A stretch of 64,000 nucleotides of DNA from Naegleria gruberi (GCA_000004985.1 GG738875.1); one strand, 5' to 3'; positions 1 to 12,597 are shown, numbered from the stretch's first letter. The notes: a model not told the origin generated them from the sequence alone. Made by a program: numbers and translations.

Positions 1-108
1 AATCCTATCTCAAATTGGGAATGGAAGTGTCACATTATGAAATGTTTGAGAAAAACTTTTATGAAAAGTAGATCCACACTTTGAATACAACTAGTTTTTA
101 ATAATAAT

Positions 109-984
109 TTAGAATTTAGGACCTCTGCTTCTGGCTGTATATTTTGAAGGTGGTCTAACTTCCTTACCTAATTTTCTATCACGTTCCTTCTTTTTAATAA
201 TGAATTCCTTCAAATTCTTTCTCTTCTTTCCACTTGAAGATGATGCATTCCTCGAATTTTCGTTTTTAACATGTTGTGATACTGGATCTTCTCTTCCTTT
301 TGGAATTTCACTCTTTGGAATATTTGGCATACCGGCAAATAAGACCAAATAGTACTTTCTAATTTTTCTACTATGAGGATAGTCAATAACCAAACCACCA
401 CCAAAACCTGCCTTCATGGCCATATTCGTTATCAATTCAGTTTGCTCAGGTGTTTCAGGATAGAATTGGAATACAGCACGAGCTCCCTTCCTCAAACATT
501 TATAAAGTGTTCCAAAGAATTTTTGTAATCTCTTGAGTGGTTCATGTGACTTTCTGTCAGCATTGCAAAGCCACTGTACAGCTGAAATTGAAATGGCACC
601 ATCAAAACTACCAAGTCTAAATGGTAAACCATTACCCATATCAGCATGAAGTAAATCCGAACCATTTGCTGATGTAGGATCCTCCACCATGGATTCATTT
701 GCAATATCCAACATATCTCTCGAAATATCAACACCAACCCAAACATTTCCTGCTTCCGATAAACAATTACCGGAAATACCAGAACCACAACCAATATCCA
801 ACAAATATTTAGGACATGCATCTTCTGGTAAAGCTAATAATTCAATGGCTCTGTTGGCCATTTCTGTTTGAATTTCCAAAACACGAGTGTTGGTAGCATA
901 CTTTTTAGCAGCTACACCACCATAGAACAATTCTGGTGGAGCAGCATGTTCCGGTCTTGTTGATGATGATACGTAAATACTCAT
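109..984 (-). CDS. 18S rRNA (guanine-N7)-methyltransferase, Bud23/WBSCR22 family
   Basis: Single 291-aa ORF. N-terminus 'RPEHAAPPELFYGG...KKY..NTR...IQ' and the SAM motif 'LDIGCGSGISG' match the Bud23 family. The C-terminal Lys/Arg-rich tail is typical of Bud23. Confidence 0.85.
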   Translation of the reverse strand: MSIYVSSSTRPEHAAPPELFYGGVAAKKYATNTRVLEIQTEMANRAIELLALPEDACPKYLLDIGCGSGISGNCLSEAGNVWVGVDISRDMLDIANESMVEDPTSANGSDLLHADMGNGLPFRLGSFDGAISISAVQWLCNADRKSHEPLKRLQKFFGTLYKCLRKGARAVFQFYPETPEQTELITNMAMKAGFGGGLVIDYPHSRKIRKYYLVLFAGMPNIPKSEIPKGREDPVSQHVKNENSRNASSSSGKKRKNLKEFIIKKKERDRKLGKEVRPPSKYTARSRGPKF

Positions 985-1216
985 TTTTTTCTTTTCAGAA
1001 AATATTTGAAGTTTTCAAAGCCTTCGGAGCTGATTGTTTTTATTCAAAGTCGTTGTTATCAACGGTGATGTGATGGCATAGCTTCTATTGATTTTATAAT
1101 ACTATTATTTCTTGTTTGATGAAGTCTTAAATTTTATTAGCAGATTATGTTGCGGTTTAGCCTTCAGCTCTCATTCATCTCAAAGACCAGCTTGAACAGG
1201 AAGACAAATAAAAAAA

Positions 1217-2992
1217 ATGAGTTCCCCTAGCGAGATGGATTCATCAATGAATGATGATAAGCCTTCCGAAGCGTAAGTATAAAAAATCAGGATGTATTCA
1301 TCTAAATAATAATATCTAGTTATGATGAATTGGAGGAAATGAATGATAGGAAGAGATCCTATGACGATAATCAGGAGGGGTACTATCAAGATGAAGGTGA
1401 GGAAGAAGACAGTAGTGCTCTCAAGAAGAGAAAAACCTCAGCCTCTAGCGCCTTTTTGTGTGGAAGTAAAACACTTGTCTTGTCAGGATCAACATCTAGC
1501 GTTACGGAAAAGTTCCTTGCATCAAAGATGCCTTTCCCTGATGGAGTTTTAAAGTACATCTTTTTGAAGGATGCTGTAGTTATTGAATTTTTGGATACGC
1601 ACTATGCTCTAATGTTTTTATACCTCTATTATGACACTGGTATCCAATGTGATGATGGATCGGTGCTTTCAGTAGAGTTTAATGATAATCTAGTTGAAGG
1701 CATTACCGTATCAATGCCAGGTAATCAATCTAAGAGTTTAGGACAGGTAATTATTTATTATATTTCAAACAACTACAACTATTTATACAATCTGAACATT
1801 TCATAATTGTTGTTGAACTCTACAGAGTGGTAAAGTTTTGTTCTGTCTTATCTATGACACTTTCCCAGTCGAAAATTTTGAAAAGCATGGCAAGATTATC
1901 AAATTTATCAAACTCCCAGAATTGGACAGAGCAAAGAGAGTTATTATGGAATACGAAACTTTAACTGATTCTAACAATGCCTATGAAAAGTTGAAAAACC
2001 ATCAATCACTCAAGTTATACAAGTCTAAAATTACCTATCTAGTTAATAATGAAGAGGATGAACGTGCTGTTCAAAAAGTTCCAGATATGTCAAGCAGTGC
2101 ATCCAATGAGAAGCTTAGCTACGTGATTCAAATCACAGGCTTTACTTCCAACAAGGTAAACTGTGATGTCATGTTCATTCTATTCGGTGTTTATGGAGAT
2201 GTTATTAGAACTAAGATTGTATTCTCATCACCAAAACATGTTGCATATGTGCAATTTAAGGACATTGATGGTGCCCAAAGAGCTATTAAGTTTTTGGGTA
2301 AGAATGGAACACCTTGTCCACTTTACAATGACTTTATTGATATTTGCTATGCTCCATTCCAGGAGATTGATGAATCTGAACCTCTTGAAGAAGGTGATGA
2401 AATTAAATCCTACTTGAATTCTCCTCTTCACAGATTTACAAGAGGAAGTGCTACTGGTAGACTTAAGAATATTGAACATGTCTATCCACCAAATAAGGTT
2501 CTATGTATCAGTAATATCAACATTAACTCTCAAAACACTACATTGGAATCAGAGTTTTCTAGATATAACCTCAAACCTGAAAATATTAAATTCTTTGGAC
2601 ACAAGCAAAAGTTGAACACCAAGATGGGATTGATTACTTTCCCAACTGTTAATGATGCTGTAACAGCACTTGTGGAATGTCACGATATTAAGATTGATAA
2701 TTTCCACATTAACATCAACTTTGCTGATCAAAACAATGGAGTTAGAACATTCAATAATAATCAAGGAAATGGTGACATGACTCATCAATTTATGCACAAA
2801 CCTATGGGTAACTTTGCTTTTAACAACTCTCCTCATATGATGAAGTTCAATCCAACACCTTTCTTTGTTCAAAGAGGAAGAGGTGGAATTAGAGGAGGCT
2901 TTAGAGGTAGAGGTAGAGGAAATTATAACAACTATAATAATAGTAGTAACTATCCAAAACAAGTACCTGACAATAACAATACCAGACAATAG
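1217..2992 (+). CDS. PTB/hnRNP-L-like RRM RNA-binding protein with C-terminal RGG box
   Basis: Three exons read from the sequence: 1217..1272, 1320..1746 and 1826..2992. Donors are GTAAGT at 1273 and GTAATT at 1747; acceptors are CTAG at 1319 and TACAG at 1825. Codon phase is conserved across both introns. RRM-like blocks resemble the PTB/hnRNP-L family ('VLCISNI', 'GLITFPTVNDAVTAL'). The C-terminus is 'RGRGGIRGGFRGRGRG'. Confidence 0.55.
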
Positions 2993-3173
2993 TTTAAAAT
3001 TATACTAAATATCAAGAAAACCTAAAATTATTTATTAAGTTTGAAATAATTTTTTATTCATATTTCTAAATATGCACTAATCAATATTTCTATTTTCGGA
3101 AATAAGTTCTTCTCGTAAAAAACTAAATAGTATTGAAATATTATAGCGTTCATGTCTAATTCGATTATCATTT

Positions 3174-3533
3174 CTATTGTTTTTTATTCTTGTAGTGATA
3201 GTACAGAAAATACGAGTCTTCCATAATATCCGTTATTCTTCTCATTAAACCTCTACATGGAGCTTTTGGCTGTTCTAATTCAGTTAAACCAAATGATGGC
3301 AAATTTTGAAAATTACACAGAGAGAATTGTTCCCACAGTTCAAAGGCCTTTGGTCTTTTATAATTAGGGTCTATGAATTGATATTTATTCTTATCAGCTG
3401 CATATATTTTAAATTTAGTATAACTTTCGGAATCTGTTAAGTCGTGAAGAAGAGTATCCTGTTGTTGCGGTGATGATGAATTATTTGGACTAGTTTTTTC
3501 CGTGTTATTGTTGTTGCTGTTTGGTTCCATTTT
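3174..3533 (-). CDS. hypothetical small protein (N/S-rich N-terminus)
   Basis: ORF on the minus strand with an ATG at the 'MEPNSNNNN' position. No recognisable domain. It is divergent from the 3720 gene. Confidence 0.25.
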   Translation of the reverse strand, partial: KMEPNSNNNNTEKTSPNNSSSPQQQDTLLHDLTDSESYTKFKIYAADKNKYQFIDPNYKRPKAFELWEQFSLCNFQNLPSFGLTELEQPKAPCRGLMRRITDIMEDSYFLYYHYKNKKQ

Positions 3534-3719
3534 TTTGATTGAAGCAAACACAGTGTTTGCTCTAGGCAAATTGATTGTCAGAAAGCAATCAATATAATAA
3601 ATTCGAGTTTTTACATTTGTTTTAAAAGAACAACAAATGATATTACATTTATTCATAATATGTAGAAGTAATGTTCTACCATCTTTTTAAAAACAAAACC
3701 GTGCTTACAGTTTAAAAAA

Positions 3720-6290
3720 ATGCATCAACACCTGGGTGATTCAAATGATATTCATATTAAGGGAGTTTTATCTTTTGAGGAAGTTAAAAGGATGAGAAAT
3801 TCCATCAAAAGCACCCTTCTCACAAAGAATACATCCTTTTATTATGGAGAACCTGATACGACATCTTCATCTTTTAATGAAAAGAAGGAGGTTGAATCAC
3901 CCTTTCAAGCCTCTGAACGACTTCAACAACACATTCCAAATTGGATAAAGGAATCAAAGGAGAAAATAACAAAAGCAGGATTGTGGACTGATTTAAAGGA
4001 AGATATCCGAACAAGAGTACAATTAGCAACACAAGAACAAATTGAAATCAGAAGAGAGATCTCCGATAAGATGTTAACAAATGGAGGTGTTGTTCAAATG
4101 ACTTATAGTCAGAGAAGAAGAGTGAAAGATCTAATGGGAAAATGTATAACAGGTGATCAAAAGTATGATAGACTTGTTGAGGAAGCAGAAGAAATGATGA
4201 AGGATAACACTGCCATTCCCTTACAAGAGGTTGAGAGGAAAGATGAAAATGTAAAGAAAGAACCAGAGGAAGTGATTTCTAAAATGTTATCGAATTATCC
4301 TTGGTCTTTTATGCGAAATAATTTATCAGGATGTTTGTTGCACTCCTTTCCAAGACTTGTAAGAAGACAATTGTGGCACTCGGCTTTCAGAGATGAAGCA
4401 ATAGGATCAGAGATTGAAAGATACAAACAAAAAAAGAAGGAAAAGGAACCTCTACCAAAGGATTACTATCCTATCATTGATAAGGTCATCCAAAACAAAA
4501 TTGAGCAACAACCATTTATTAAGGATTATTCTAACGGAAAATTATGTAAAGAGGTTTTCAAACCAGTGTTGGAATTATTGCTTTTTAGAACGGAAGCTCC
4601 TGTAATGGATAACTTGTCTCAAGTTTCAGATCTTATTAATGTAAATGGACCTTTGAATGATAGCACAATCAAACAATTTGTGCTGAAAACTGTTGAAAGA
4701 TATTCTAATTATTTAGCTTCCATTTTCTGCTTAATGGCTACTCTGTATGGATGGGAAAATGTTGTTGAAAAATATAAGGCCGTAGATGAATTCCATTTCT
4801 ATTCAGAGAAAATCAGTGGGTTTTTAATATTCCACATTCAGACCTTCCACCAAATCGATCCATTCAAGGATCGTAAATTGTACTATAATATGAACTTGAT
4901 ACCTGAGTCTATTGTAAAGTCATTCGTCCATGCAACAGAACAAAAGGACACAGTTCTACTCAATCATATCAGTTCCATTGAGGATGGTGTAAGATCTTTC
5001 CTCAAACCAATCACTAGGTTGTTTGTTTCATTCGTTGAAAACAATGTATCTCTATTCATTATTGAACAATTTTTATTTACAAACTTTAAGCCTGCAGTCA
5101 TAGGTTCTATGACGTCTGCTATTGCCTTGATTCTCAGACAGCAAATACTTAAATGTGACACTCCACTCGGTTTGCAAATGCTATTAAAACAAAATGTCGC
5201 AAGTATAACAGAACCTGACTTGTTGGAAGTATTAGACAATAATTTCAGAAAGTACTTTACTGAAACTCACGGAATAGATATATATCCAAAGGAGTTTGTG
5301 GAAATTTCAGGCCTAAAAGGAGAGAAGGCAACTCTTCTGTTCACGCAAGATACCTCATCTCTGGCTCCTCCTGACAAATTGTCAATAATCAAGGCAGCTC
5401 TTCAATTGGAAACAGATCAAAGGGATGAGAAAGAAATGCTATTTATTTGGAATTCAATTTGGGAGAAAATTGATGCAGAAACAACATTTTTATTTCCATA
5501 CAAGGATGTGAATTTTACTCTTGTATTACCTTCCAAAAAATCCAAAATACTTAAGGAAATATCTTTTTATGATGTGCCAGATATGGTAGTACAATACTCC
5601 TCTAACAAGTTAATTTATATTGACATGGTAAGGAGAGGATTAGCGGAGGAGTATAAACAAAGATTGGCTCAGTATATTAAGGATTCTTTGGTTTACAAAC
5701 AGACAGACTTTTCTAAGGAGATGGACGAAAATCCAACTGTTGAAATTGAATACAATTACCTTGACATGCCATTCAAAACAAAGTTTTTGGAAGAAAAGTT
5801 AATGACAACAGATAAGGAAGAACTGTATGAAATATTGGATGAGAGATTTAAACAATTAGACTCATTTGTTTGCGGTTTGGAGATCCAAGAAATAGCATCC
5901 CAATTGTCAAAGACTTGCGAAGCAAAAATTAGAGCAAAGAGGGAGCACGAATTGAAAGCAAAGGAGCAATTGCTTCAAAAGATTACAACTGATTTGGAAA
6001 AGGAAAGTTTTGCAGAGCTGTCGAAGGTGTTGAAAGAAGTCATGTCAGGAGTTAACATTTTCTTCAAAGGAACTGAACAAGAACAAAGCAAAATTGATAA
6101 GATTACTGCTGATGAACGAGAAGAGAGATCCTACATTAGAGAAGCTACAGGTAGAATTATTAGCACATACGATTATAATAGGATTCCAAAGAAGAGCAGA
6201 CAAAAGTATGACAAGATTATTGAAAAGAAGAAGCTAAGCAATCAGAAAAACAAAAAGACAGGCATGTTTTCAAGAACCAACAAGAAATAA
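3720..6290 (+). CDS. hypothetical large protein (856 aa), coiled-coil/K-E-rich C-terminus
   Basis: Long uninterrupted ORF with coding-like composition. I recognise no confident family. Confidence 0.5.
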   Translation: MHQHLGDSNDIHIKGVLSFEEVKRMRNSIKSTLLTKNTSFYYGEPDTTSSSFNEKKEVESPFQASERLQQHIPNWIKESKEKITKAGLWTDLKEDIRTRVQLATQEQIEIRREISDKMLTNGGVVQMTYSQRRRVKDLMGKCITGDQKYDRLVEEAEEMMKDNTAIPLQEVERKDENVKKEPEEVISKMLSNYPWSFMRNNLSGCLLHSFPRLVRRQLWHSAFRDEAIGSEIERYKQKKKEKEPLPKDYYPIIDKVIQNKIEQQPFIKDYSNGKLCKEVFKPVLELLLFRTEAPVMDNLSQVSDLINVNGPLNDSTIKQFVLKTVERYSNYLASIFCLMATLYGWENVVEKYKAVDEFHFYSEKISGFLIFHIQTFHQIDPFKDRKLYYNMNLIPESIVKSFVHATEQKDTVLLNHISSIEDGVRSFLKPITRLFVSFVENNVSLFIIEQFLFTNFKPAVIGSMTSAIALILRQQILKCDTPLGLQMLLKQNVASITEPDLLEVLDNNFRKYFTETHGIDIYPKEFVEISGLKGEKATLLFTQDTSSLAPPDKLSIIKAALQLETDQRDEKEMLFIWNSIWEKIDAETTFLFPYKDVNFTLVLPSKKSKILKEISFYDVPDMVVQYSSNKLIYIDMVRRGLAEEYKQRLAQYIKDSLVYKQTDFSKEMDENPTVEIEYNYLDMPFKTKFLEEKLMTTDKEELYEILDERFKQLDSFVCGLEIQEIASQLSKTCEAKIRAKREHELKAKEQLLQKITTDLEKESFAELSKVLKEVMSGVNIFFKGTEQEQSKIDKITADEREERSYIREATGRIISTYDYNRIPKKSRQKYDKIIEKKKLSNQKNKKTGMFSRTNKK

Positions 6291-6416
6291 ACATTCTATT
6301 TCAAGATGATGATTATCATAAAATATTATCGTTGATACCTTAGAAACTGTAGCAATTAAAGAAAGTTTACTGACACGGAGGAATTTGTGGAAATAAGCAA
6401 TCTATTTCGAGAATCA

Positions 6417-8375
6417 TTAAGCAATTCTAGTTGTATTGGCCCAACTTGGAAGAACACCAAGTTCTACGCCCATGGCTGGACTTCCTAATCCCATCATTCC
6501 CAAAGTACATGCACAAACGCCAATAATTGACAAAACAGCACCCGATATTACCATATCAATGAAAGTGAAATGTCCATACCCAAAAGCTAAAGAGTTGGCC
6601 AATGTTCCAATTGGTGTCATAAAAGCCAATGAAGAGGCAATGGTGGCTGGAGCCATATATAAAAGTGGATTCTCACCAATTCTTACTGACATTGTGGCAA
6701 GAAGAGGCATCAAAATTGAAGCTGTTCCTACATTGCTAGAAAATTCTGTCAAAATATTCACAACAAAACAAATCAAAAATACCATTAAATAAGGGTGAAT
6801 CTTACTGGCCAAATCAAACTTGACTACTACTAGGTCAACAATAAAATCTGAGAATTTACATTGATTGTAAGCTGCTGCCAATGCAAAACCACAACCCAAT
6901 AGTAAGATAATATCCCATGGCATTTCATTCTTCATTAATTTCCAATCCAAAATTCTTCCAGTAGTTAATTGATTTTCCTTCTTCTTTTTATCATCCACTT
7001 CAGAGTTCATTGAAGGCTTATTAAAAGATGGAATAAAGAAGAGCAAAATACCAATCAAAACCGCAACTGTACCATCTGATGGATACTTCATCAGTGCTGA
7101 TTTTTCCTTCTCATCTCTTCCACTAATCAAATAAATCAAGTTATTCCAACCAACATGATGTGTTCCAAATTGTAAATCTCTAAAAATCCACAACAAACAC
7201 AAAATCACAAACACAATACATAATACTACTTCCTCAAATTTGATTCTTCCTAACTTTTTGTATTCCTCCCTAAACATGTTTGAATTCTTTGGTTTGATAT
7301 TGGAGGTGATTTGTTGTGTAATTTGAGTTTCCTCTTCATTGTGTTCCAGTAAATTAGCATCGCTTTGATAGTTGGAAAGAGAGGCCATACTTGGGTTCTC
7401 AGCAAGTGAAATCTCCATTGAAGAGTCCTGAATAACTTCCAAATCACTCTTCTGATATATTTTAATTGGTCTCACAAATACAATGGAAAAGTAAACATAG
7501 GCCAAAATTAGGAAAATAATTGAAACTGGGAATGCATAAAGGAACCAAGTAAGGAAAGTAACTGGAGATTCTTCAGATGTTTGTAAAAGTGGGAATTTAT
7601 CATTCAAAACGTGAACCAAAATCAAATTGGTTGGAGTACCAATCAGAGTTGAACATCCCATAATTGATGAAGCATAAGCAATGCAGAGGAAAAGAGATTT
7701 GGCAAGTCTCTTGATCTTTTTTGATTCCTTTTCTCGTTCTTCGAGATTTGGATTTTCTTCATTTCTTGCCTTAATTGAAGTTATGACAGCACTGTTATTT
7801 AAATCAATCGTTCAAAATGTGTATTTCAATAATTTATACATACCTTGCCATTGGTAATAACATGGCAGTAGTACATGTATTTGAGAGCCACATACTCAAA
7901 AATCCAGAAATTAACATGAATCCAAGTAAAATCAAATGACTTCTCATTCCAATAAAACTCAAAATTGCAAGGGAAAATCTTCTATGTAAATTCCACTTCT
8001 CCAATGAAATTGTCACCATAAATGATCCAATAAATAAAAATGATAAATCCGAAAAGTATGCCTCAGCAATTATCTTACCAGATGTGACTCCCAATAAAGG
8101 AAATAACACAACAGGTAATAAACTAGTAATTGAAATAGGAATTGGCTCAAATAACCAATAAGTTGCCTATTCAATCATTCAATATAAATTCAGGTCAACT
8201 AACTTACAATCCAAACAGTAATTGCAGCACATCTATTGATCTGTACAGTAGCTCCCAATGGTGTTAACACATTACACAGGAATGGCAATGCCACAAGTGG
8301 ACCACTCAATAATTTTATCAGATACCATACAATTACCTTGAGCTTTCTCCACCTCTCGGAATGAAAGAATTTCAT
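6417..8375 (-). CDS. SLC13/DASS-family (Na+-coupled sulfate/dicarboxylate-type) anion transporter
   Basis: Three exons on the minus strand: 8375..8208, 8166..7844 and 7791..6417. The introns are 8207..8167 (GTAAGT..AATAG) and 7843..7792 (GTATGT..AACAG), with phases consistent. The sequence is a polytopic membrane protein with the family signature 'AYASSIMGCSTLIGTPTNLIL' and a duplicated permease-like N-terminus ('LLPVVLFPLLGV'). Confidence 0.75.
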
Positions 8376-8910
8376 ATTCGAATGTTTTACCTCTCCTCCT
8401 CCTCGACTTCTAACTGATCATCAGCAAACCTCAGAGTAGCAGCCTCCACTTGTTCACTACTATGATTATTCACTTCTAACTCTTCCTCTCTCAAATGTTG
8501 ATGATGTCCATCATCATCATCATCATGATTATCGGAATGATGAGAACGATGTAGAGACATTTTTTTCGATAATAGAGAATCCTCATCATTCACTTGTTGT
8601 TGATATGGGTTTTGAGGTTGTCGATGTTGGGTTGTGGTTGGGTTCATAATTATAGATGAGGAGATGGGATGACTCTGAATAATTCTCGATGTAATGTTGA
8701 TGTTAATCAATAAAATTGTTGTTCTTGAATTTTTCAAGTTGTGTTGATGCATAATTGAATGCTAAAGATTTTTCTGAGGGCATGGTTACCAATGGCGCCT
8801 ACTATTAAGGTTGATTAGCAGAACTGAAATATGAACTATTGAAATCAAAGAATGATGGATGATGGTTATGGAATACTTGTTGTGGAATTTTTTTATGTAC
8901 AATTTTGTTG

Positions 8911-10194
8911 TTAGAGGTGTTTTTCAAAGGTAAGGTGAGCTGTTGGTAGGAATCGACTATATCTTCTCATTTTCACAACAGAAAAGCCATTCTTTTTGTA
9001 AAAGTCAACTGCTGCTGCTTGTAGAGAACTAGTGGAGAGAACAATTGTTTTGTATCCCTTTTCTTTGCTCCATTTCACAAGGTGGTTGAGCATTAGAGAG
9101 GCAACACCTTTTCGTTTCATTGAACTGGATACGCTCATTCTTTTCAATTCTACTGTCTCTTCCTGATTGGCTCTCTTTCGAACACCAATGGTTCCAACTA
9201 TTTCTCCTGTTGATTTTAGTTGAGCCACCCAAAAGTGATTATCTTCATCCCAAATGTAGAACTTTTGAATATTAGACATGTCACTATATTTAAATTGTTG
9301 ATAAATATAAGATCTGGCAGAATAATCGACATATTTAGACAAGCCACAAAGCAGTAATACAACCATACTTGTGCAGGTAATAAAGGTAGAAATTATAGCA
9401 TAAATTGTAGAAGACGCTGATAAATTAGTGAATGAGAGAATGATGGAAAGGAGGGATGTTGTATTGCTATTGGTCGTGGAGGATGAATCATCTGGATTAA
9501 ATAATAATTTAATAATTCCAAATTGAAATATAAACGATGAAATATAGAATAGGGATAGTATTGAAAATACTTGTATAATTCCGAAATGATGAATGAATAA
9601 ATAGAATGTTTGTAAATAAGTTGGTACTATAGACTTGATTCCTTCCACAAAGATCTTGTTCACTTGCTTTTCGTCAGTCTCGTAATTGTATGATCTTATA
9701 ATGATTGAATCGTTAGAATTGTGTAATAATATTTCTTCATTACATGTTTTCCTTAAAGAAGGTGTATTTTGATAAACTTGTTTTTCATACTCGCAAGCCT
9801 GCTGTTCGTATTGTTGTTGTTGATGATCAACAAGGCTTTGAGCATTATTCTCTATATTTGATCTTTCATTCATTCCTAATATTTCTTCTTGTTTTCTATT
9901 GTCATTATTTTGTGGTTCTTGTTGTTGCTGATGATGGTAATTACTAATAGTAGTAGTATTAATATTATTATTATTTGCTGTTGAAGAAGATGTTAATATT
10001 ATGCCCTCTTTTTCTTGTGCAGGGAGAATCCTTCGAATTGTGTTGTTGTTTTTTCGAGCCTTGTCGAGTATTATTGCTGTTGATGAACCTTCACATGATG
10101 ATGATCCGAGAAATAAAGGATCAACATCATCATCTGTTGGCTTGTGATGGACTTCTTCTAATTCGCGACTGTGGTAGGAGAGTACGATCACCAT
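8911..10194 (-). CDS. GNAT N-acetyltransferase, camello/NAT8-like (TM segment + acetyltransferase domain)
   Basis: The C-terminal GNAT core reads 'WVAQLKSTGEIVGTIGV...ELKRMSVSSSMKRKGVASLML...GYKTIVLSTSSLQAAAVDFYKKNGF'. A hydrophobic region precedes it. The upstream ORF 10188..10508 overlaps in the +1 frame, so this may be a 5' extension through a frameshift. Confidence 0.6.
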   Translation of the reverse strand: MVIVLSYHSRELEEVHHKPTDDDVDPLFLGSSSCEGSSTAIILDKARKNNNTIRRILPAQEKEGIILTSSSTANNNNINTTTISNYHHQQQQEPQNNDNRKQEEILGMNERSNIENNAQSLVDHQQQQYEQQACEYEKQVYQNTPSLRKTCNEEILLHNSNDSIIIRSYNYETDEKQVNKIFVEGIKSIVPTYLQTFYLFIHHFGIIQVFSILSLFYISSFIFQFGIIKLLFNPDDSSSTTNSNTTSLLSIILSFTNLSASSTIYAIISTFITCTSMVVLLLCGLSKYVDYSARSYIYQQFKYSDMSNIQKFYIWDEDNHFWVAQLKSTGEIVGTIGVRKRANQEETVELKRMSVSSSMKRKGVASLMLNHLVKWSKEKGYKTIVLSTSSLQAAAVDFYKKNGFSVVKMRRYSRFLPTAHLTFEKHL

Positions 10195-10992
10195 TCTTTA
10201 TTATTATTATCAGTAGTGGTCAATGGAAACTCTTGATGTCCTTCATCTTGTACAATGGCTTCATCAATAACATTTTCATGATGATGATGAGAATAAGTCA
10301 CTCCCTCCTGATCAAAAGCAGTAGAGCTCGTGGAAAGAACGTGATTATCTCTTGATATTTTGCCAATCATCATGAAGAGGTTTTCTTCTTGATCCAAGTT
10401 TAAACTGTCGGAATTGTTCTTCTTCTTACTACTACTAATACTACTACTATTATCACAATCCAATAACATCATAAGAGAAGATAATGGTTGTAACACAACA
10501 GATCCCATATTGATTCTATTCTTTTGTTTAAAGAATCAAAATTGAATTCTTATGTGTGTTTTTGAAATGCACAGAGAGAATAGAGAATCAATAGAGATGA
10601 GACTTTTCTCGATATTGAGAAGTTGAATTGAGAAATTCCAGATTTTTAGTAAAGACAATATCTATTTTCTCTTCTTCTACTACTATTCTTTCTGAGGTTC
10701 TTACTTTTGTGAGAGGATAACAGAGAGGCGTTGTTTTTTCTTTGGAAATGTTATTGCAACTTCAGGAATGATTCTTTTGAAGTTTCGAATAATTTGTTAT
10801 CACCATGAAATTCGGTTTACAATGTGGATGAGAGTACGTTTATGGTTATTGTCAAAATAGAGTACATCAATGCATAGTAATGGACAGAAAAGAACTCTTT
10901 ACCAAACTCAAATCAAACAAATCGAAAAAATTCCATAACACAAATTTGTTTTTTAAGAAATCAAAAGAATAAAATTAACAATATAAAATGGA

Positions 10993-11066
10993 TACAGCGA
11001 GCGGGGCTTGAACCCGCGACCTTAAGCGTGTTAGGCTTACGATCTAACCAACTGATCTATCGCTGC
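10993..11066 (-). tRNA. tRNA-Val (anticodon AAC)
   Basis: The reverse complement folds as a canonical cloverleaf. The acceptor is GCAGCGA/TCGCTGT with a G-U at 1:72. The D arm is GATC...GATC. The anticodon stem is TAAGC/GCTTA with loop CTAACAC (anticodon AAC). The T arm is GCGGG-TTCAAGC-CCCGC. No CCA is encoded. Confidence 0.9.
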
Positions 11067-11289
11067 TTACATTCAACATGAAATTTTTCTTAATATCTAT
11101 TTACCAAAATTTACACAGCTGCTTTTCCTCGAGCCGTCTTACTGTTTCCATTTAGTGCTCAAGCCATTCACATTAATCCACCCGAGCTTTTTTTCTATGA
11201 GCATGTACCAATTCAGTTTCTCCTTTTCACGTTTGATTTAAAACGCACGCAAAGTCCAAAACATGAATTTCAAAACTCAATCATAAAAA

Positions 11290-12597
11290 ATGTCTTCAAC
11301 TCAAAACACTAAAATTCCAACCTATCGTTTGCTTGGTAACTCTGGTCTCAGAGTATTCCCACTCTGTTTAGGAGCCATGCACTTTGGCTATAATGAAACA
11401 TTCTCCAATGCATTTGTAAGTTTCAAAACTTTCATTTATATTGGGTTGATCACCATATATTATTAGGGTATTGGCAGTTCCGATGAAGAAAGTGAGAAGA
11501 TTTTCTTAAAGTACATTCAATTGGGAGGTAATTTCATTGATACGTAAGTAGTAGTTGACCAAAACTATATCTCTAAATGAATTTCAAAGTGCCAATATTT
11601 ACTCATTAGGTAGCAGTGAAATCTTGATCGGTGAATTGATCAAGAAGCACAACATTGATCGTGATACCTTGGTAATTGCTACAAAATACTCTGGACCAAC
11701 TCCAGGTGTTACTGGTCCAAATGCTGCAGGAAATAATAAGAAAAATCTGTTCAAAGCTGTTGATGATTCATTGAAGAGATTGCAAACTCATTATATTGAT
11801 TTATTATATGTCCACTTTTGGGATTTCACTCTTGATGTTACTCAATTGGTTCGTTGGTAAGTAATTTGAGTTTATTCCAATTTCGAATACAATTTCATTA
11901 AGGTTGGACGAATTGGTTAAGAGTGGTAAAGTTCTTCATGTTGCCATCAGTGACACCCCAGCATGGATTGTCTCTAGAGCCAATACCTATGCTGAACAAA
12001 ACGCCCTCACTCCATTCACAGCCTATCAAGGAAGATATTCACTCGTTGATCGTGGCCAAGATCAAGATGTAATTCCAATGAGCAAGGCATTGAATATTGC
12101 AACTGTGCCATGGTAAGTGTGTGTGCATTTTCTATATATATATATATATATGGAAATTAATATGTTAATATCATGATGAATATTATGATGAATATAGGGG
12201 AATTGTTGGACAAGGTAAATTGACTGGTGTTAGAACTCGTGAATCAGATCAAGATGCCAAGAGAAAATTTGTGGAAATTAGTGAACAAGACGCCAAAGTT
12301 CAACAAGTTGTATTTGATATTGCTAAAGAAATTGGTCGTTCTCCAACTCAAGTAGCTATTAATTGGGTTTTGGGAAGAACCACTAGTCCAATTCTTGGTA
12401 CTAGAACTTTGGAACAATTTGAAGATGCTGTCAAAAGTCTTGAATTTGAATTGAGTCAAGAACAACTTGAAAGATTGAACAAGGCAAGTGAAAATTCACC
12501 AGCTGTCATTTTCCCTCACAGTTTTATTGGAAATAGTTTTGATACTAATCGGTGGTTGTTCCTTGGAGGTGATAAGACTTACAATATTACAAATTAA
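11290..12597 (+). CDS. aldo-keto reductase (aryl-alcohol dehydrogenase / AKR9-like)
   Basis: Five exons: 11290..11415, 11467..11543, 11590..11856, 11903..12112 and 12198..12597. All donors are GTAAGT, and the phases were checked by hand. AKR motifs include 'GGNFIDTANIY', 'IATKYSG', 'HYIDLLYVHFWD', and 'SDTPAWIVSRAN'. Confidence 0.8.
12139..12160. repeat. (TA)n microsatellite inside AKR intron 4
   Basis: 'tatatatatatatatatat' read directly from the sequence. Confidence 0.9.

Noticed and set aside
6436-6792. 118-aa plus-strand ORF overlapping SLC13 transporter exon 3
   Set aside because: It is antisense to conserved transporter coding sequence and there is no independent support.
8387-8752. 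121-aa His/Asp/Gln-rich ORF ending 12 bp upstream of the SLC13 start codon
   Set aside because: It is extremely low-complexity and lies in a different frame from the transporter. It is most likely 5' leader or uORF noise. There is insufficient evidence to call a gene.
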